Position numbers and translations under genes: made by a program. Shown piece by piece: positions 1-8,831 of a DNA stretch of 64,000 nt. The notes under the pieces are model-generated. The model worked only from the letters and a program-made list of their open reading frames with translations, was not told the origin of the DNA and searched no databases. Source of the stretch: an uncultured Chloroflexota bacterium. Lineage in GTDB: Bacteria > Chloroflexota > Anaerolineae > Aggregatilineales > Phototrophicaceae. How positions within the stretch are numbered: the stretch's first letter is position 1; each line of letters starts with the position of its first letter. The stretch covers positions 15,829 through 79,828 of the forward strand of contig CAIPFY010000373.1 in the NCBI GenBank assembly GCA_903864435.1. Reading direction: 5' to 3'.

Positions 1-1132
1 GGGCTGTGGCGGCGGTGGCTGCTTGCGTAGGCGGGCTGGTCGGGGCGATGGATTGAGTGGCGGTGGGCGGTGCATCCTGCTCATGCGATTCCGGACGTGT
101 GACTAGCAGCACCACCACCACCAGCAGCACCGCAATGATGGCAAAACCACCCAACAGCAGCAGCGGATTGGTTCCCTGTTGCAAAATCACGGTCGGTTGC
201 AGGGGGTTGGTCGGCTGAGTGGCAACCGGTTGTGTAGGAATGGTCAGCGGCAGCGTAGAGAGGGAAAAAGACGCGGCGGCGGTGGGCGCAACCGCCACAT
301 CGCGCCCCTGTATCGCCCGGTTGAAATCCTCGGCAAAAGCGGTAGCGGTGGGGTAGCGCACTTCTGGATTCTTCGACAGCGCCCGCTGCATAACCCCGTC
401 CAAGTCCGGCGAAAAACCGGGGTCTAACGTCCGCAAACTGGGGACGGGTTCGGTCATGTGCTTGATGACGACCTGCATCGGGGTGTCGGCGCTGTAGGGC
501 TGGCGTCCGGTGAGCATTTCATAAACGACCACGCCGAGCGAATACAAATCCGCGCTGGGGGTAATCGGTGCGCCGCTGCCCTGTTCGGGAGCCATATAAG
601 CAGGCGTTCCCACCATGCCGCCGGTGACGGTCAGCCGGTTGGAAACGTCCTCGGCAAGTTTAACGATGCCGAAATCCGCCAGCAGCGCGAAGCCTTCTTT
701 GTCCAGCAGGATATTATCCGGCTTGATGTCGCGGTGAATCACGCCCTGACGATGTGCATAATCCAGCGCGGAGGCCACCTGTCGCAGCGTTTCGCCAATC
801 ATCAGCGGATCCATGCGTCCGCGCTTGATGCGCCCGCCCAACGACCCGCCCTCGATATAGGCCATCACCAGATACAGGATGCCATCTTCCACGCCGTAGT
901 CATACAACGGCAGGATATGAGGATGTTGAAGGCGGGCAATCGTGCGGGCTTCCAGTTTGAAACGCTCAATGAACCCTTGATCCAAACCGGGGTGCGGGGG
1001 CAGCACCTTAATCGCCACATAGCGATCTATATCCGCCCGGTAGCCTTTATAAACCGTCGCCATCCCGCCCTGTCCGAGCAGGTCTGTAATCTGATAGGTA
1101 CCTAGCGTCCGCCCAACCAGTGAGGAAGTCAC
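1..1132 (-). CDS. Hanks-type Ser/Thr protein kinase, membrane-anchored; C-terminal part runs off the window start
   Basis: Reverse-strand translation from GTG at 1130-1132 gives VTSSLVGRTLGTYQITDLLGQGGMATVYKG, HRDIKPDNILL, DFG and GTPAYMAPE. These are followed by a Pro/Thr-rich linker and a hydrophobic helix (FAIIAVLLVVVVLLV). The listed + ORF 458..1105 is its antisense shadow. Confidence 0.9.
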   Translation of the reverse strand, partial: MTSSLVGRTLGTYQITDLLGQGGMATVYKGYRADIDRYVAIKVLPPHPGLDQGFIERFKLEARTIARLQHPHILPLYDYGVEDGILYLVMAYIEGGSLGGRIKRGRMDPLMIGETLRQVASALDYAHRQGVIHRDIKPDNILLDKEGFALLADFGIVKLAEDVSNRLTVTGGMVGTPAYMAPEQGSGAPITPSADLYSLGVVVYEMLTGRQPYSADTPMQVVIKHMTEPVPSLRTLDPGFSPDLDGVMQRALSKNPEVRYPTATAFAEDFNRAIQGRDVAVAPTAAASFSLSTLPLTIPTQPVATQPTNPLQPTVILQQGTNPLLLLGGFAIIAVLLVVVVLLVTRPESHEQDAPPTATQSIAPTSPPTQAATAATA

Positions 1133-1247
1133 GATATTGCCTCGCAGCGCAGACCATTCAAAAGTACACTTCAGAACGGTTGCAAGATGAACTCATACAT
1201 CTGGATATTATAGGAGATGTTAGCGCCTCAAGCGAAATCCACTTTGC

Positions 1248-1715
1248 TCAAGGCTTGCCACCGAACAGATTTAACCATTCGTTCACTTCATCCGCCGAAA
1301 GCGACACGTCCGCCGCCTCCCCCGCATCCACCACTTTCGGCGGCGGCGCGATCAGCAAGGACGCGAACTCCTCCGAAAGCAGCGTTTTCATGCGGAAGTG
1401 ACGGGCAATTCCTAGCACATCATTATCCGATGACACCACGCTCCAGTTCATCGGGTCGGGAATCTTCTTGATGCGCTCCATCATCACGCGGTCGGCGGTG
1501 GAACGGGCGGAGGCGAATACCACCTGTACCGCCCGTGTGGACATGCGCGATGTACCGCCCGGTAGCCCGTGATCGAACACCACCAAGCATTGCTTACCAG
1601 TACGGGCAGCAAAGCCAGCCAATTTTTGCACCAGCAGCGCCTCGTCATTCGGATCATCTAACGTCAAATCGGGCAGTTTGCCGATTAAATTGTGTCCGTC
1701 AATCATGTACGGCAT
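1248..1715 (-). CDS. NYN/YacP-like (PIN-fold) predicted RNA-binding/ribonuclease protein
   Basis: 155-aa ORF starting MPYMIDGHNLIGK...LVVFDH, typical of YacP/Rae1-like NYN domain proteins. Same strand as the flanking genes. Confidence 0.6.
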   Translation of the reverse strand: MPYMIDGHNLIGKLPDLTLDDPNDEALLVQKLAGFAARTGKQCLVVFDHGLPGGTSRMSTRAVQVVFASARSTADRVMMERIKKIPDPMNWSVVSSDNDVLGIARHFRMKTLLSEEFASLLIAPPPKVVDAGEAADVSLSADEVNEWLNLFGGKP

Positions 1716-1745
1716 AACGAACCCTTTCTGTGATCTGTGCCGCGA

Positions 1746-2204
1746 TTACCCCACTACCAGCCTGACCGCGCCATTCACGCTGTCTTCCGGGCTGATTTTA
1801 ATCCGTGAATCGGCCATTGTCCCGTCCGGGTTAATCACCCAGTGAGAACGGATCACGCCAAAATAGGTTTTGCCGTACATGGATTTCTCGCCCCACGCGC
1901 CCCAACTTTCGAGGATCGTGTGTTCGGGGTCGGAAAGAAGGTCATAAGGCAGGTTTTGCTTCTTCTTCCACTTCAACAAATCTTCCGGCGCGTCCGGGCT
2001 GATGCCCAGCACCACCGCGCCCCGCGCTTCGATCTGCGGGAAATGGTCGCGGAAGCCGCAGGCCTGTGTGGTGCATCCGGGGGTGTCGGCTTTGGGGAAA
2101 GCAAACAGAATCACCGTTTTGCCGCGATAATCGCTCAGTTTGACGGTTTTCCCGTCCTGATTGAGCAGCGTAAAATCGGGGGCGGGCTGTCCTACATCCG
2201 GCAT
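1746..2204 (-). CDS. bcp: Peroxiredoxin Q / bacterioferritin comigratory protein (thiol peroxidase)
   Basis: PDFTLLNQDGKTVKLSDYRGKTVILFAFPKADTPGCTTQACGFRD contains the peroxidatic TPGCT motif. Start moved to the internal ATG at 2204, which is preceded by AAGGAG. The longer ORF to 2285 adds an implausible Cys-rich leader. Confidence 0.9.
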   Translation of the reverse strand: MPDVGQPAPDFTLLNQDGKTVKLSDYRGKTVILFAFPKADTPGCTTQACGFRDHFPQIEARGAVVLGISPDAPEDLLKWKKKQNLPYDLLSDPEHTILESWGAWGEKSMYGKTYFGVIRSHWVINPDGTMADSRIKISPEDSVNGAVRLVVG

Positions 2205-2281
2205 GGCAGTCTCCTTAGAAAACGTTCGTGCAGAACTGATGATAAGACATCCGCATGAGAACAGGCTGAGGAAGTGAGCGA

Positions 2282-2698
2282 TCAATCGCGCTCGTAGCGA
2301 ACGGGGTGCAGTTCCAGTTCCACCAGCGCCGCCCGCACCCGTTCCACATCCGCCGGGTCGTCGGCATCGCGGGTGCGTACCACGATCATCCGCACCTCGG
2401 CGTTGGCCTGCCCCGGCGCGGGGGACGTGCTGATCTTAGATTTGTAGCCCAGTCGTCCGGCCTGCGTCGCCGCTTTGATGAGCGCCCAGTGCGCGTCCGA
2501 CTGGATGCGAGTGGTGAGGATGATCCAACCGCCAGCGCGGGGCGTGGGGTAGCCGCCATCCACAGCGGGCTTGCATTCCACCCAGTAGCCCACGTCCAGC
2601 GCCGAGGGGACGGCCTGCGCATCGTGCAACATGCGGGCACGCTGCACCTGCTGGATGAGCGCCAGATTGGGCGCGGGGGGCGTGTGCGGATCGGTCAT
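2282..2698 (-). CDS. Hypothetical protein, possibly DUF1917/Bles03-like
   Basis: 138-aa ORF. AGGWIIL...W.LIKAATQAGRLGYKSKIS...MIVVRTRDADDPADVERV resembles the GKW...LG.aKVs...viCVYT.D pattern of the Bles03-like family. Assignment by eye only. Confidence 0.45.
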   Translation of the reverse strand: MTDPHTPPAPNLALIQQVQRARMLHDAQAVPSALDVGYWVECKPAVDGGYPTPRAGGWIILTTRIQSDAHWALIKAATQAGRLGYKSKISTSPAPGQANAEVRMIVVRTRDADDPADVERVRAALVELELHPVRYERD

Positions 2699-2709
2699 CA
2701 GGTCGCCCC

Positions 2710-4854
2710 TCAGCTCAACTTGGGAAACACGGTGGTGATCTTACGCGCTTTCGAGCTGCTTTTCTTCATGAGGGGCAGCGCAAAGCCAAAGGTGCTGCCT
2801 GCGCCATAGGTACTCTTGAAGCGCAACGTGCCATGATGCCGTTCGATGATGCTTTTCACAATATGCAGCCCCAGACCAGTCCCTTTGATGGAACGGGTTT
2901 CCTTCGTTTGCGCCCGGAAAAAGGGCTGGAACAACCGATCCTGCTGATCTTGCGGAATGCCGAAGCCGGAATCCTGCACTTCAAAGATGACCTGCTTCTC
3001 CTCTAGCCGCAGGGTGACGGTAATCTGCCCACCGGTAGGCGTGTATTTGATGGCGTTGTTCAGCAGGTTATCGGCAGTTTCGTGCAGCAACGTGCGGTTG
3101 CCCACCACAATCACCGGCGTATCCGTCACAGTCACCCGCAGATCAATCCCTTTGTCTCTGGCCTGTGGTCGCAGCGAATCGCACACCTCCAGCACAATCT
3201 CGCGCAGGTCGGCGTGTTCCATCAGCAGTTCTTGCGCCTCGCCCATGCGCTCCATCGTCAGGATGTCGCGGGTAATCTTATCAATGCGATCCGTCGCCTG
3301 CCGGATGATCCCGAAATAGTCTTTCAAGCGCGGGTCTATCTTGTCTTCCAGTTCCACTTCCAGAAGTTGCACATAGCCCGAAATCACGCCCAGCGGGTTG
3401 CGAAGATCATGCGCCGCCACCCGGATCACCTGCGTTTTCAACTGTTCCAGCAAACTCACCTGCTGATACAGCCCTTGAAGTTCGCCCAACTGCTGCTGTG
3501 ACACGTCGTACAGGCGGGCATTATCCAGCGCGGAAGCCACCCGCGAAGCCAGTAATTTCACAAGGTCGAAGATTTGCGGGGTGAAGTAATCGCGCTGGTT
3601 GCTTTGCACATTCATCACGCCCAAAAGCCGATCAGCAGCGACCAGCGGCACCGTAATCTGCGAGACGGTATCCACCACATTCGGCACATAGTCCGGGTCG
3701 TTGCGGACATCGGTGATAAACTCGGCTTTCCCGCTGCGCACCACCCGCCCGATAATCCCTTTGCTGGTGGGGACGCGCATCCCGATCATCGAACCGGGGT
3801 AGTTGCCAATGATGTGCGCCACCCACATCTGCTCTTTTTCGACCATGTGAATCGCGCCAGCGCTGGCACGGCTCAAGCGTATGGCCGCATCCAGCGCAAT
3901 CTTCAACACATAATCAAAACTCAAAACCTGCGTAAGTTCAGAATCGACCCGCTGGATGATTTCCAACCAGTGAATGTAATGGTTGCGTTCGGCTTCGGCC
4001 TGTTTGCGTTCGGTGATGTCGCGCCCCACCGACTGAAATTCGCTGACCGTGCCATCCTGCGCGATAATCGGATAGTCCGTCCATTCCTGCCAGCGCACCT
4101 CGCCAGAAGGCAGCACTACCCGATGCTCGTAAAGGAAGGGGACACCGTTTTGAGCCACGCGCTGAAGGTGGCTGAGGGTGGCTTCCCGATCCGAATCCAC
4201 CACCAACTCCATGAAGCTCTTGCCGATAATGTCTTCCCGTTTCACACCGAAATAACGGCAGTAGGATTCGTTGGCAAAGGTGAGGACGGTATCCGGTGTG
4301 CAGCGGGATACCAGTTCAAGTTGCTTGTCTACCACGCTGCGGTAGCGGTCTTCGGATTGACGCAGCGCATCGCTAATCTGTTTGGAGGCGGTCATATCGT
4401 GCGCGATGCACAGGCTGGTCAGCATCCCGTCCAGCACAATATGCTTGACTGTCAAATCAATCCAGCAAATGCCCCCATTTTTGCGCTGAATACGAAATTC
4501 GAGGCGCATGGCAGGGCGGGGGGACAGCTGACGGTTCTCGGTCACAGCTGCCCGCACGCGCCCGGCATCTTCCGGCAGTAGCAAATCGTACACACTCATC
4601 GCAGACACTTCGGCCTGCGTGTATCCGGTGATCTTTTCCAACTGACGGTTGGCAAAGACCATCTGGCTGTCTCGCAAAAGACACAGGATCGCTTCCATGT
4701 GTTCCGCTACCAAACGGAACTGTGCATCGCTGATCGCGCTGGTGTTGTCCATAAGCGACTCCAGAGGGAGGGAAACTGGTGGATGCTGGCCCGTCATATC
4801 GTTATCCATACTTTCAGGCAAATTATCCCAGCCCGTATCATCAATGGTAAACAC
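2710..4854 (-). CDS. Cytoplasmic PAS-PAS-GAF sensor histidine kinase (canonical)
   Basis: 714 aa with two PAS-like segments and a GAF (GVMNVQS..., DNARLYDVSQ). H-box AAHDLRNPL, N-box NLLNNAIKYT, G1 DSGFGI and G2 GTGLGL are all present. Confidence 0.9.
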   Translation of the reverse strand: MFTIDDTGWDNLPESMDNDMTGQHPPVSLPLESLMDNTSAISDAQFRLVAEHMEAILCLLRDSQMVFANRQLEKITGYTQAEVSAMSVYDLLLPEDAGRVRAAVTENRQLSPRPAMRLEFRIQRKNGGICWIDLTVKHIVLDGMLTSLCIAHDMTASKQISDALRQSEDRYRSVVDKQLELVSRCTPDTVLTFANESYCRYFGVKREDIIGKSFMELVVDSDREATLSHLQRVAQNGVPFLYEHRVVLPSGEVRWQEWTDYPIIAQDGTVSEFQSVGRDITERKQAEAERNHYIHWLEIIQRVDSELTQVLSFDYVLKIALDAAIRLSRASAGAIHMVEKEQMWVAHIIGNYPGSMIGMRVPTSKGIIGRVVRSGKAEFITDVRNDPDYVPNVVDTVSQITVPLVAADRLLGVMNVQSNQRDYFTPQIFDLVKLLASRVASALDNARLYDVSQQQLGELQGLYQQVSLLEQLKTQVIRVAAHDLRNPLGVISGYVQLLEVELEDKIDPRLKDYFGIIRQATDRIDKITRDILTMERMGEAQELLMEHADLREIVLEVCDSLRPQARDKGIDLRVTVTDTPVIVVGNRTLLHETADNLLNNAIKYTPTGGQITVTLRLEEKQVIFEVQDSGFGIPQDQQDRLFQPFFRAQTKETRSIKGTGLGLHIVKSIIERHHGTLRFKSTYGAGSTFGFALPLMKKSSSKARKITTVFPKLS

Positions 4855-5111
4855 TATTCTAACGTGATCTCAACAAAACATCTTCAAAAACCAAGCGGAA
4901 TATATGAATTTTGAATGAAATAGTGTGACAAAGGATTGTATTTACACCCGAATCGAACAACACACGATCGCTTTTCGTGTGATTCGCGGTTGATTCTTGC
5001 CGTTCACAAATTGCATACACAATCATTAAACCACAAGTTTGTAAATTCAAAAATTAATTTCGGCATTAGGAATGCAATTTCAAAAGTTGGGCAGATGATT
5101 GTGCGGTGGGA

Positions 5112-5142
5112 AATAAAAAAACCCGCGCAGCGGGCGCGGGTT
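5112..5142 (-). terminator. Rho-independent terminator for the 5164..5607 gene
   Basis: On the minus strand: ACCCGCGCCCGCTGCGCGGGT hairpin followed by TTTTTTTA, about 20 nt after the stop codon. Confidence 0.7.
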
Positions 5143-5163
5143 CTAACGTTCATTCCGGTTGCT

Positions 5164-5607
5164 TTACGAGGCGCGGGCGGGAGCCAGTTCCTGCATGGCG
5201 ATCATGCGGATGGAGGGGTGCAACCCGCTGGCGATGGCACGCTGGGCAGCCACAACCGCCAGCGAACAAGTGCCCATCGGGTTCGCTTCAAAACTGGCGC
5301 AACAGGCGATCAGGTGGCAGGCTTCCTGTGCCAGCGCCCCCGCGATGCCCGAATCCATCGTTTCCTGCCATTTCCACCATGCCGTCACCGCTTGCGACGG
5401 GTTTTCCAGCACGTCGAGGTCAAGCAAAACGGCAATCTCGCGCTGCTGGTCAAAGATGGCCTGATGCAGCGCCCACGCCGATTCCGGGCTGCCGGGTTTC
5501 ATGCGGTAGCCGCGTCCATAGCGCGTCTGGAATATGCTACTGAGTTCGATCAACTCCGCGATTTTGGAAACGATCAAGCGTGCGGTGGCAGTGTTCATCG
5601 CGTGCAT
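5164..5607 (-). CDS. Hypothetical protein (helical, no recognised motif)
   Basis: 147-aa ORF with ordinary amino-acid composition and a good terminator immediately downstream. The start could be the second ATG at 5598. Confidence 0.5.
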   Translation of the reverse strand: MHAMNTATARLIVSKIAELIELSSIFQTRYGRGYRMKPGSPESAWALHQAIFDQQREIAVLLDLDVLENPSQAVTAWWKWQETMDSGIAGALAQEACHLIACCASFEANPMGTCSLAVVAAQRAIASGLHPSIRMIAMQELAPARAS

Positions 5608-5780
5608 ACCCCTTTCGGATTTCGGTTGACGATGGAGAAGTTTTAACAGGTTCTTAAAGTTGATTTAATAAATACTAACGGAATTTAACATAAAAATCAA
5701 GCGGTGTTCGTACTGAATTTGTCTGAATTTCCGGTCATTGGCTAGGCATACAACCCTGATTCGGGCTACAATTCGCCCTA

Positions 5781-6557
5781 GTGTTCACCGATATGGAAAA
5801 CGCGATGAAAGAAATCCGCGCCATCATCGAACGTATCACCCGCTTGAACGAGCATTACCAGTGGCTCCATCTGGCGGTGGATGCGTTTCATGCCGACATC
5901 CGTGCCGGACAATCGCTACTGGCACGCCGTTTGCCCGAACGCTGGGACCCGTATTTGCGCGAACAGTGGTGGCCGGTGGCAACCCTCAACCAGATGCTCA
6001 TCGTGGAGCGTTCCGGCGCGGAAGTCTACGAACCGGGGGAGATTGTCTCGCTCATGGGGTTCGTCGGGCAGCCCTTTCGTTATAAGCGCACGCTCCGCAA
6101 TGTGCTGTTGATCGCCGACAACACGCCGCCTTCGCCCTTCATCATGGCGATTCAAACGCTGCTGGCGAATCGCATCGCGGTCACGCTGGTGCTTTCGGGC
6201 AGCGCCGCCAACTACCCCACCGCCCATCTGCCGCCCGAAGTGGAAGTGGTGGTCGCAGACGATCATCTGAACTGGTCGAACCGTGTGATGACCGTCGGTT
6301 GGGCCGATCAGGTCTTTGCCACCGTTGCCGGAGATGACGAAATGGGGCGCATGAACGCCATCTGGCGCATCTTCAGCGAATCCCGCGCCGAAGTGCCTGC
6401 CAATTACCTGTTCGGCGTGTTCCAACCGCTGCTGCCCTGCGGGGCGGGCGCTTGCGCGGGTTGTATGCTGCCGCTGAAGCAGGGCGAAACCGCGCTGGTC
6501 TGTATGGAAGGGCCGGCGATTGATTTGAGTACGGTGGCGCTGCCCGCGCCTTATTAG
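5781..6557 (+). CDS. PyrK-like (dihydroorotate dehydrogenase electron-transfer subunit-like) protein with 2Fe-2S Cys motif
   Basis: C-terminal CGAGACAGCMLPLKQGETALVCMEGP matches the CGxGxCxxC...C.DGP 2Fe-2S motif of PyrK. The FAD (RPxS) and Gly-rich NAD motifs are not recognisable. Start uncertain (GTG 5781, ATG 5793 or 5805). Confidence 0.6.
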   Translation: MFTDMENAMKEIRAIIERITRLNEHYQWLHLAVDAFHADIRAGQSLLARRLPERWDPYLREQWWPVATLNQMLIVERSGAEVYEPGEIVSLMGFVGQPFRYKRTLRNVLLIADNTPPSPFIMAIQTLLANRIAVTLVLSGSAANYPTAHLPPEVEVVVADDHLNWSNRVMTVGWADQVFATVAGDDEMGRMNAIWRIFSESRAEVPANYLFGVFQPLLPCGAGACAGCMLPLKQGETALVCMEGPAIDLSTVALPAPY

Positions 6558-6574
6558 CTGCGAGGGAGTCCGGC

Positions 6575-7516
6575 ATGGCATTCGAGATCACCCGTCCCGG
6601 CAAGTCCAGCCTGATCGTCGAGTCGCCGGTAATGCCGATGGCGGGCATACTCGGCTTCGGGGATGTGTACCGCGACCTGATTCAGTACGAAAAACTGGGC
6701 GCGTTCGTCACCGCGCCGGTGTCGTACACCCCGCGCTCCCCCGCCAACGGGCAGCGGGTGGTGCCGCTGGATGCCGGCCTGCTGTTGCATACCGGCCTGC
6801 CCAACCCCGGCATTAGCAAGGTGATGGGGCGCTATCGCAGCCTGTGGAACAGCTTGCCCATGCCGGTCATCCTGCACATCGTCGCAACCTCGCTGGAGCA
6901 TGTCCGCAAGTGTGCCAGCCGCGCCGACGCCGAAAACGCGGTGGATGCGCTGGAAATCGGCCTGAATGACGACATCGAACCGGATACCGCTGAACAGATG
7001 ATCGCGGCAGCGGTTCGCAACACCGAAAAGCCGGTGCTGGCGCGTATCCCTTCCCAGAACGCGCTGGAACTGGCGCGGGCGGTGGCGGATGCTGGCGCGG
7101 GGGCGGTGGTGGCCTGTGCGCCGCCGCGTGGCGTGGCACGTTCCCCCCTCAGCGGGCGGCTGGTGGATGGGCGCGTGTACGGCCCCACGATCAAGCCAGT
7201 GGCGCTGCGGCTGGTGAACCAGCTTTCGCGGGCGATTGATATTCCGATCATCGGGGCGGGCGGCATTCACAGCCAACAGGACGCCCGTGATTTCATGGAC
7301 GCGGGCGCACGCGCTGTACAGGTGGATACCGCCGTCTGGGTGCAGCCCAAGCTGATTGAATACATCGCCCGCGATCTGGGCGGACTGGTCGTCACCCGCA
7401 CCGTCGGGGCGCTGCCGGATGAATGGCATCCCGGCATGGGCGAAACCGAGCGCAAGGCGCACGAACAGCAGCAGTCCGACGCCGACGACGACTCGGCGCA
7501 AAACACGCCGCGCTAA
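6575..7516 (+). CDS. Dihydroorotate dehydrogenase (class 1B catalytic subunit)-like TIM-barrel flavoprotein, divergent
   Basis: LGFGDVY, GLPNPG, GPTIKPVALRLV and IPIIGAGGIHSQQDARDFMDAGARAVQVDTA align to PyrD FMN-binding segments. The NISCPN catalytic-Cys loop is replaced by IGLNDDIEP. Begins 17 nt after the PyrK-like gene. Confidence 0.7.
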   Translation: MAFEITRPGKSSLIVESPVMPMAGILGFGDVYRDLIQYEKLGAFVTAPVSYTPRSPANGQRVVPLDAGLLLHTGLPNPGISKVMGRYRSLWNSLPMPVILHIVATSLEHVRKCASRADAENAVDALEIGLNDDIEPDTAEQMIAAAVRNTEKPVLARIPSQNALELARAVADAGAGAVVACAPPRGVARSPLSGRLVDGRVYGPTIKPVALRLVNQLSRAIDIPIIGAGGIHSQQDARDFMDAGARAVQVDTAVWVQPKLIEYIARDLGGLVVTRTVGALPDEWHPGMGETERKAHEQQQSDADDDSAQNTPR

Positions 7517-7559
7517 ACGGCTGCTGAGGACACATCCTATTGTGGATATGAGGTGATGA

Positions 7560-8747
7560 ATGGGCAAACTGCGCTGGTTGATCGTGCTACTGGCAATCGT
7601 AGGGGCGCTGCCAACCGCTGCACAGAGCGAGGATACGCCCAGTGTACTCGATATTGCCTACGACGATGTGGTGCAGGAAACGATTACCAGCGGCGCATTC
7701 TGGGACTGGTGGACGCTGGAAGCCTCCGCTGGCGATCAAATCGTGGTGGATATGGGCGCGATGGACGGCCTTGAACCGCTGCTAGGCATCCTGAATGCGG
7801 GCGGCAATCTGGTCATCCAATCCGAACCGGGCGCAGCCAACAGCGCCATCAGCCTCGAATATACCGCACCCGCCGACGGACAGTACACCCTTGTCGCCAC
7901 CCGCGCCGGAAATGCCGATGGCACCAGCGCCGGTTCGTATGCGCTGCGCGTGCGCCTTGCCAACCCGACGGAAATCGTCACCAACCCGCTGCAAGATGTG
8001 ACCTTCCGTTGTGAAGATTACGAAGCCACTACCGCCGCCACGCTGCGCGTGAACGAAGACCCGGTTGCCGGCCTGACATACCGGATCACGGTGTACGGAC
8101 TCGATGGATTCCAGCCGGTGATTCGCGTCCGTTTTCAGACGAAAGATCAGGACAAGCCCTTTGAACTGTGCAACACCGATGCCCGCTTAACCGAGAACGA
8201 CACCTTCACCTTCCCCGGCGAGGCCGAACACACCATCACGGCGGATACACTGGACACGGTTTCACAGCTTTTACTCACTGGCGCGGACGGCATGGGCATC
8301 GTCACCGTCACCATTGCCAGCCGCGAGGGCGCACCCGGTCGCTATCTGGCGGTGCTGGACGGATTCAGCATCGAACCACAGGCGGACGAGGACTTAATCG
8401 AAGTGCGCATCGGCCCGCTGGCGGCCAAAAATACCCACCTGACGGTCTATATGATGGCCGCACAGAACAGCCGCCTCGACCCGTTCCTGACGAGTACCGA
8501 CACCGGTCAGAGATGTGACGATGCCGGACGCGGCGATTGCAGCGATGTCCCCGCCCTGACCGACACGCGCATCATGCTGCACGAAGGCAGCGGAACCACG
8601 TTGCGCGGGGATCGTTCGGATGCTGGCCTGATCCTCACCCCCAGCACACCGGATACAATCGGGCTGGTGTTGAGCAGCCGTTCGGGGGATACGCACGGCG
8701 GCTACGCGCTGCTGCTGCGGGGAACGCTGCCGCCGCGTACCCCGTAG
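7560..8747 (+). CDS. Secreted protein with N-terminal signal peptide and pre-peptidase C-terminal (PPC)-like domain
   Basis: MGKLRWLIVLLAIVGALPTAAQ signal sequence. The pattern ...GDQIVVDM...LLGILNAGGNLV...ADGQYTLVATRAG...YALRV is PPC-like. RBS GAGGTG lies upstream. Confidence 0.6.
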   Translation: MGKLRWLIVLLAIVGALPTAAQSEDTPSVLDIAYDDVVQETITSGAFWDWWTLEASAGDQIVVDMGAMDGLEPLLGILNAGGNLVIQSEPGAANSAISLEYTAPADGQYTLVATRAGNADGTSAGSYALRVRLANPTEIVTNPLQDVTFRCEDYEATTAATLRVNEDPVAGLTYRITVYGLDGFQPVIRVRFQTKDQDKPFELCNTDARLTENDTFTFPGEAEHTITADTLDTVSQLLLTGADGMGIVTVTIASREGAPGRYLAVLDGFSIEPQADEDLIEVRIGPLAAKNTHLTVYMMAAQNSRLDPFLTSTDTGQRCDDAGRGDCSDVPALTDTRIMLHEGSGTTLRGDRSDAGLILTPSTPDTIGLVLSSRSGDTHGGYALLLRGTLPPRTP

Positions 8748-8831
8748 GGAACACACGCGGCGCTGCTCGACACAGCGCCGCCGCAGGACTTTGTTTTTTC
8801 AGATACGACTCAAAATCGGGAGGTTTTTCTC

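Noticed and set aside
458-1105. 215-aa + strand ORF at the window start
   Set aside because: It is the antisense shadow of the minus-strand Ser/Thr kinase. The reverse frame gives textbook kinase motifs (HRDIKPDNILL, DFG, APE), whereas this frame is Arg/His/Gln-rich with no motif.
3574-4581. Long ORFs antisense to recognised genes. Examples: 3574..4581, 6554..7567, 12336..13007, 14685..15770, 15493..16515, 16754..17857, 18104..19111, 19631..20338, 22710..23414, 24639..25637, 32842..34026, 35496..36338, 37382..38644, 40891..41589, 44161..45852, 46710..47684, 48048..48905, 49760..50872, 50912..52303, 55357..56079, 60146..60898
   Set aside because: These are typical high-GC antisense open frames. 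Each lies wholly inside a gene with strong family motifs on the other strand. Their translations are dominated by R/H/G/Q/A runs, and none has an RBS or a recognisable domain.
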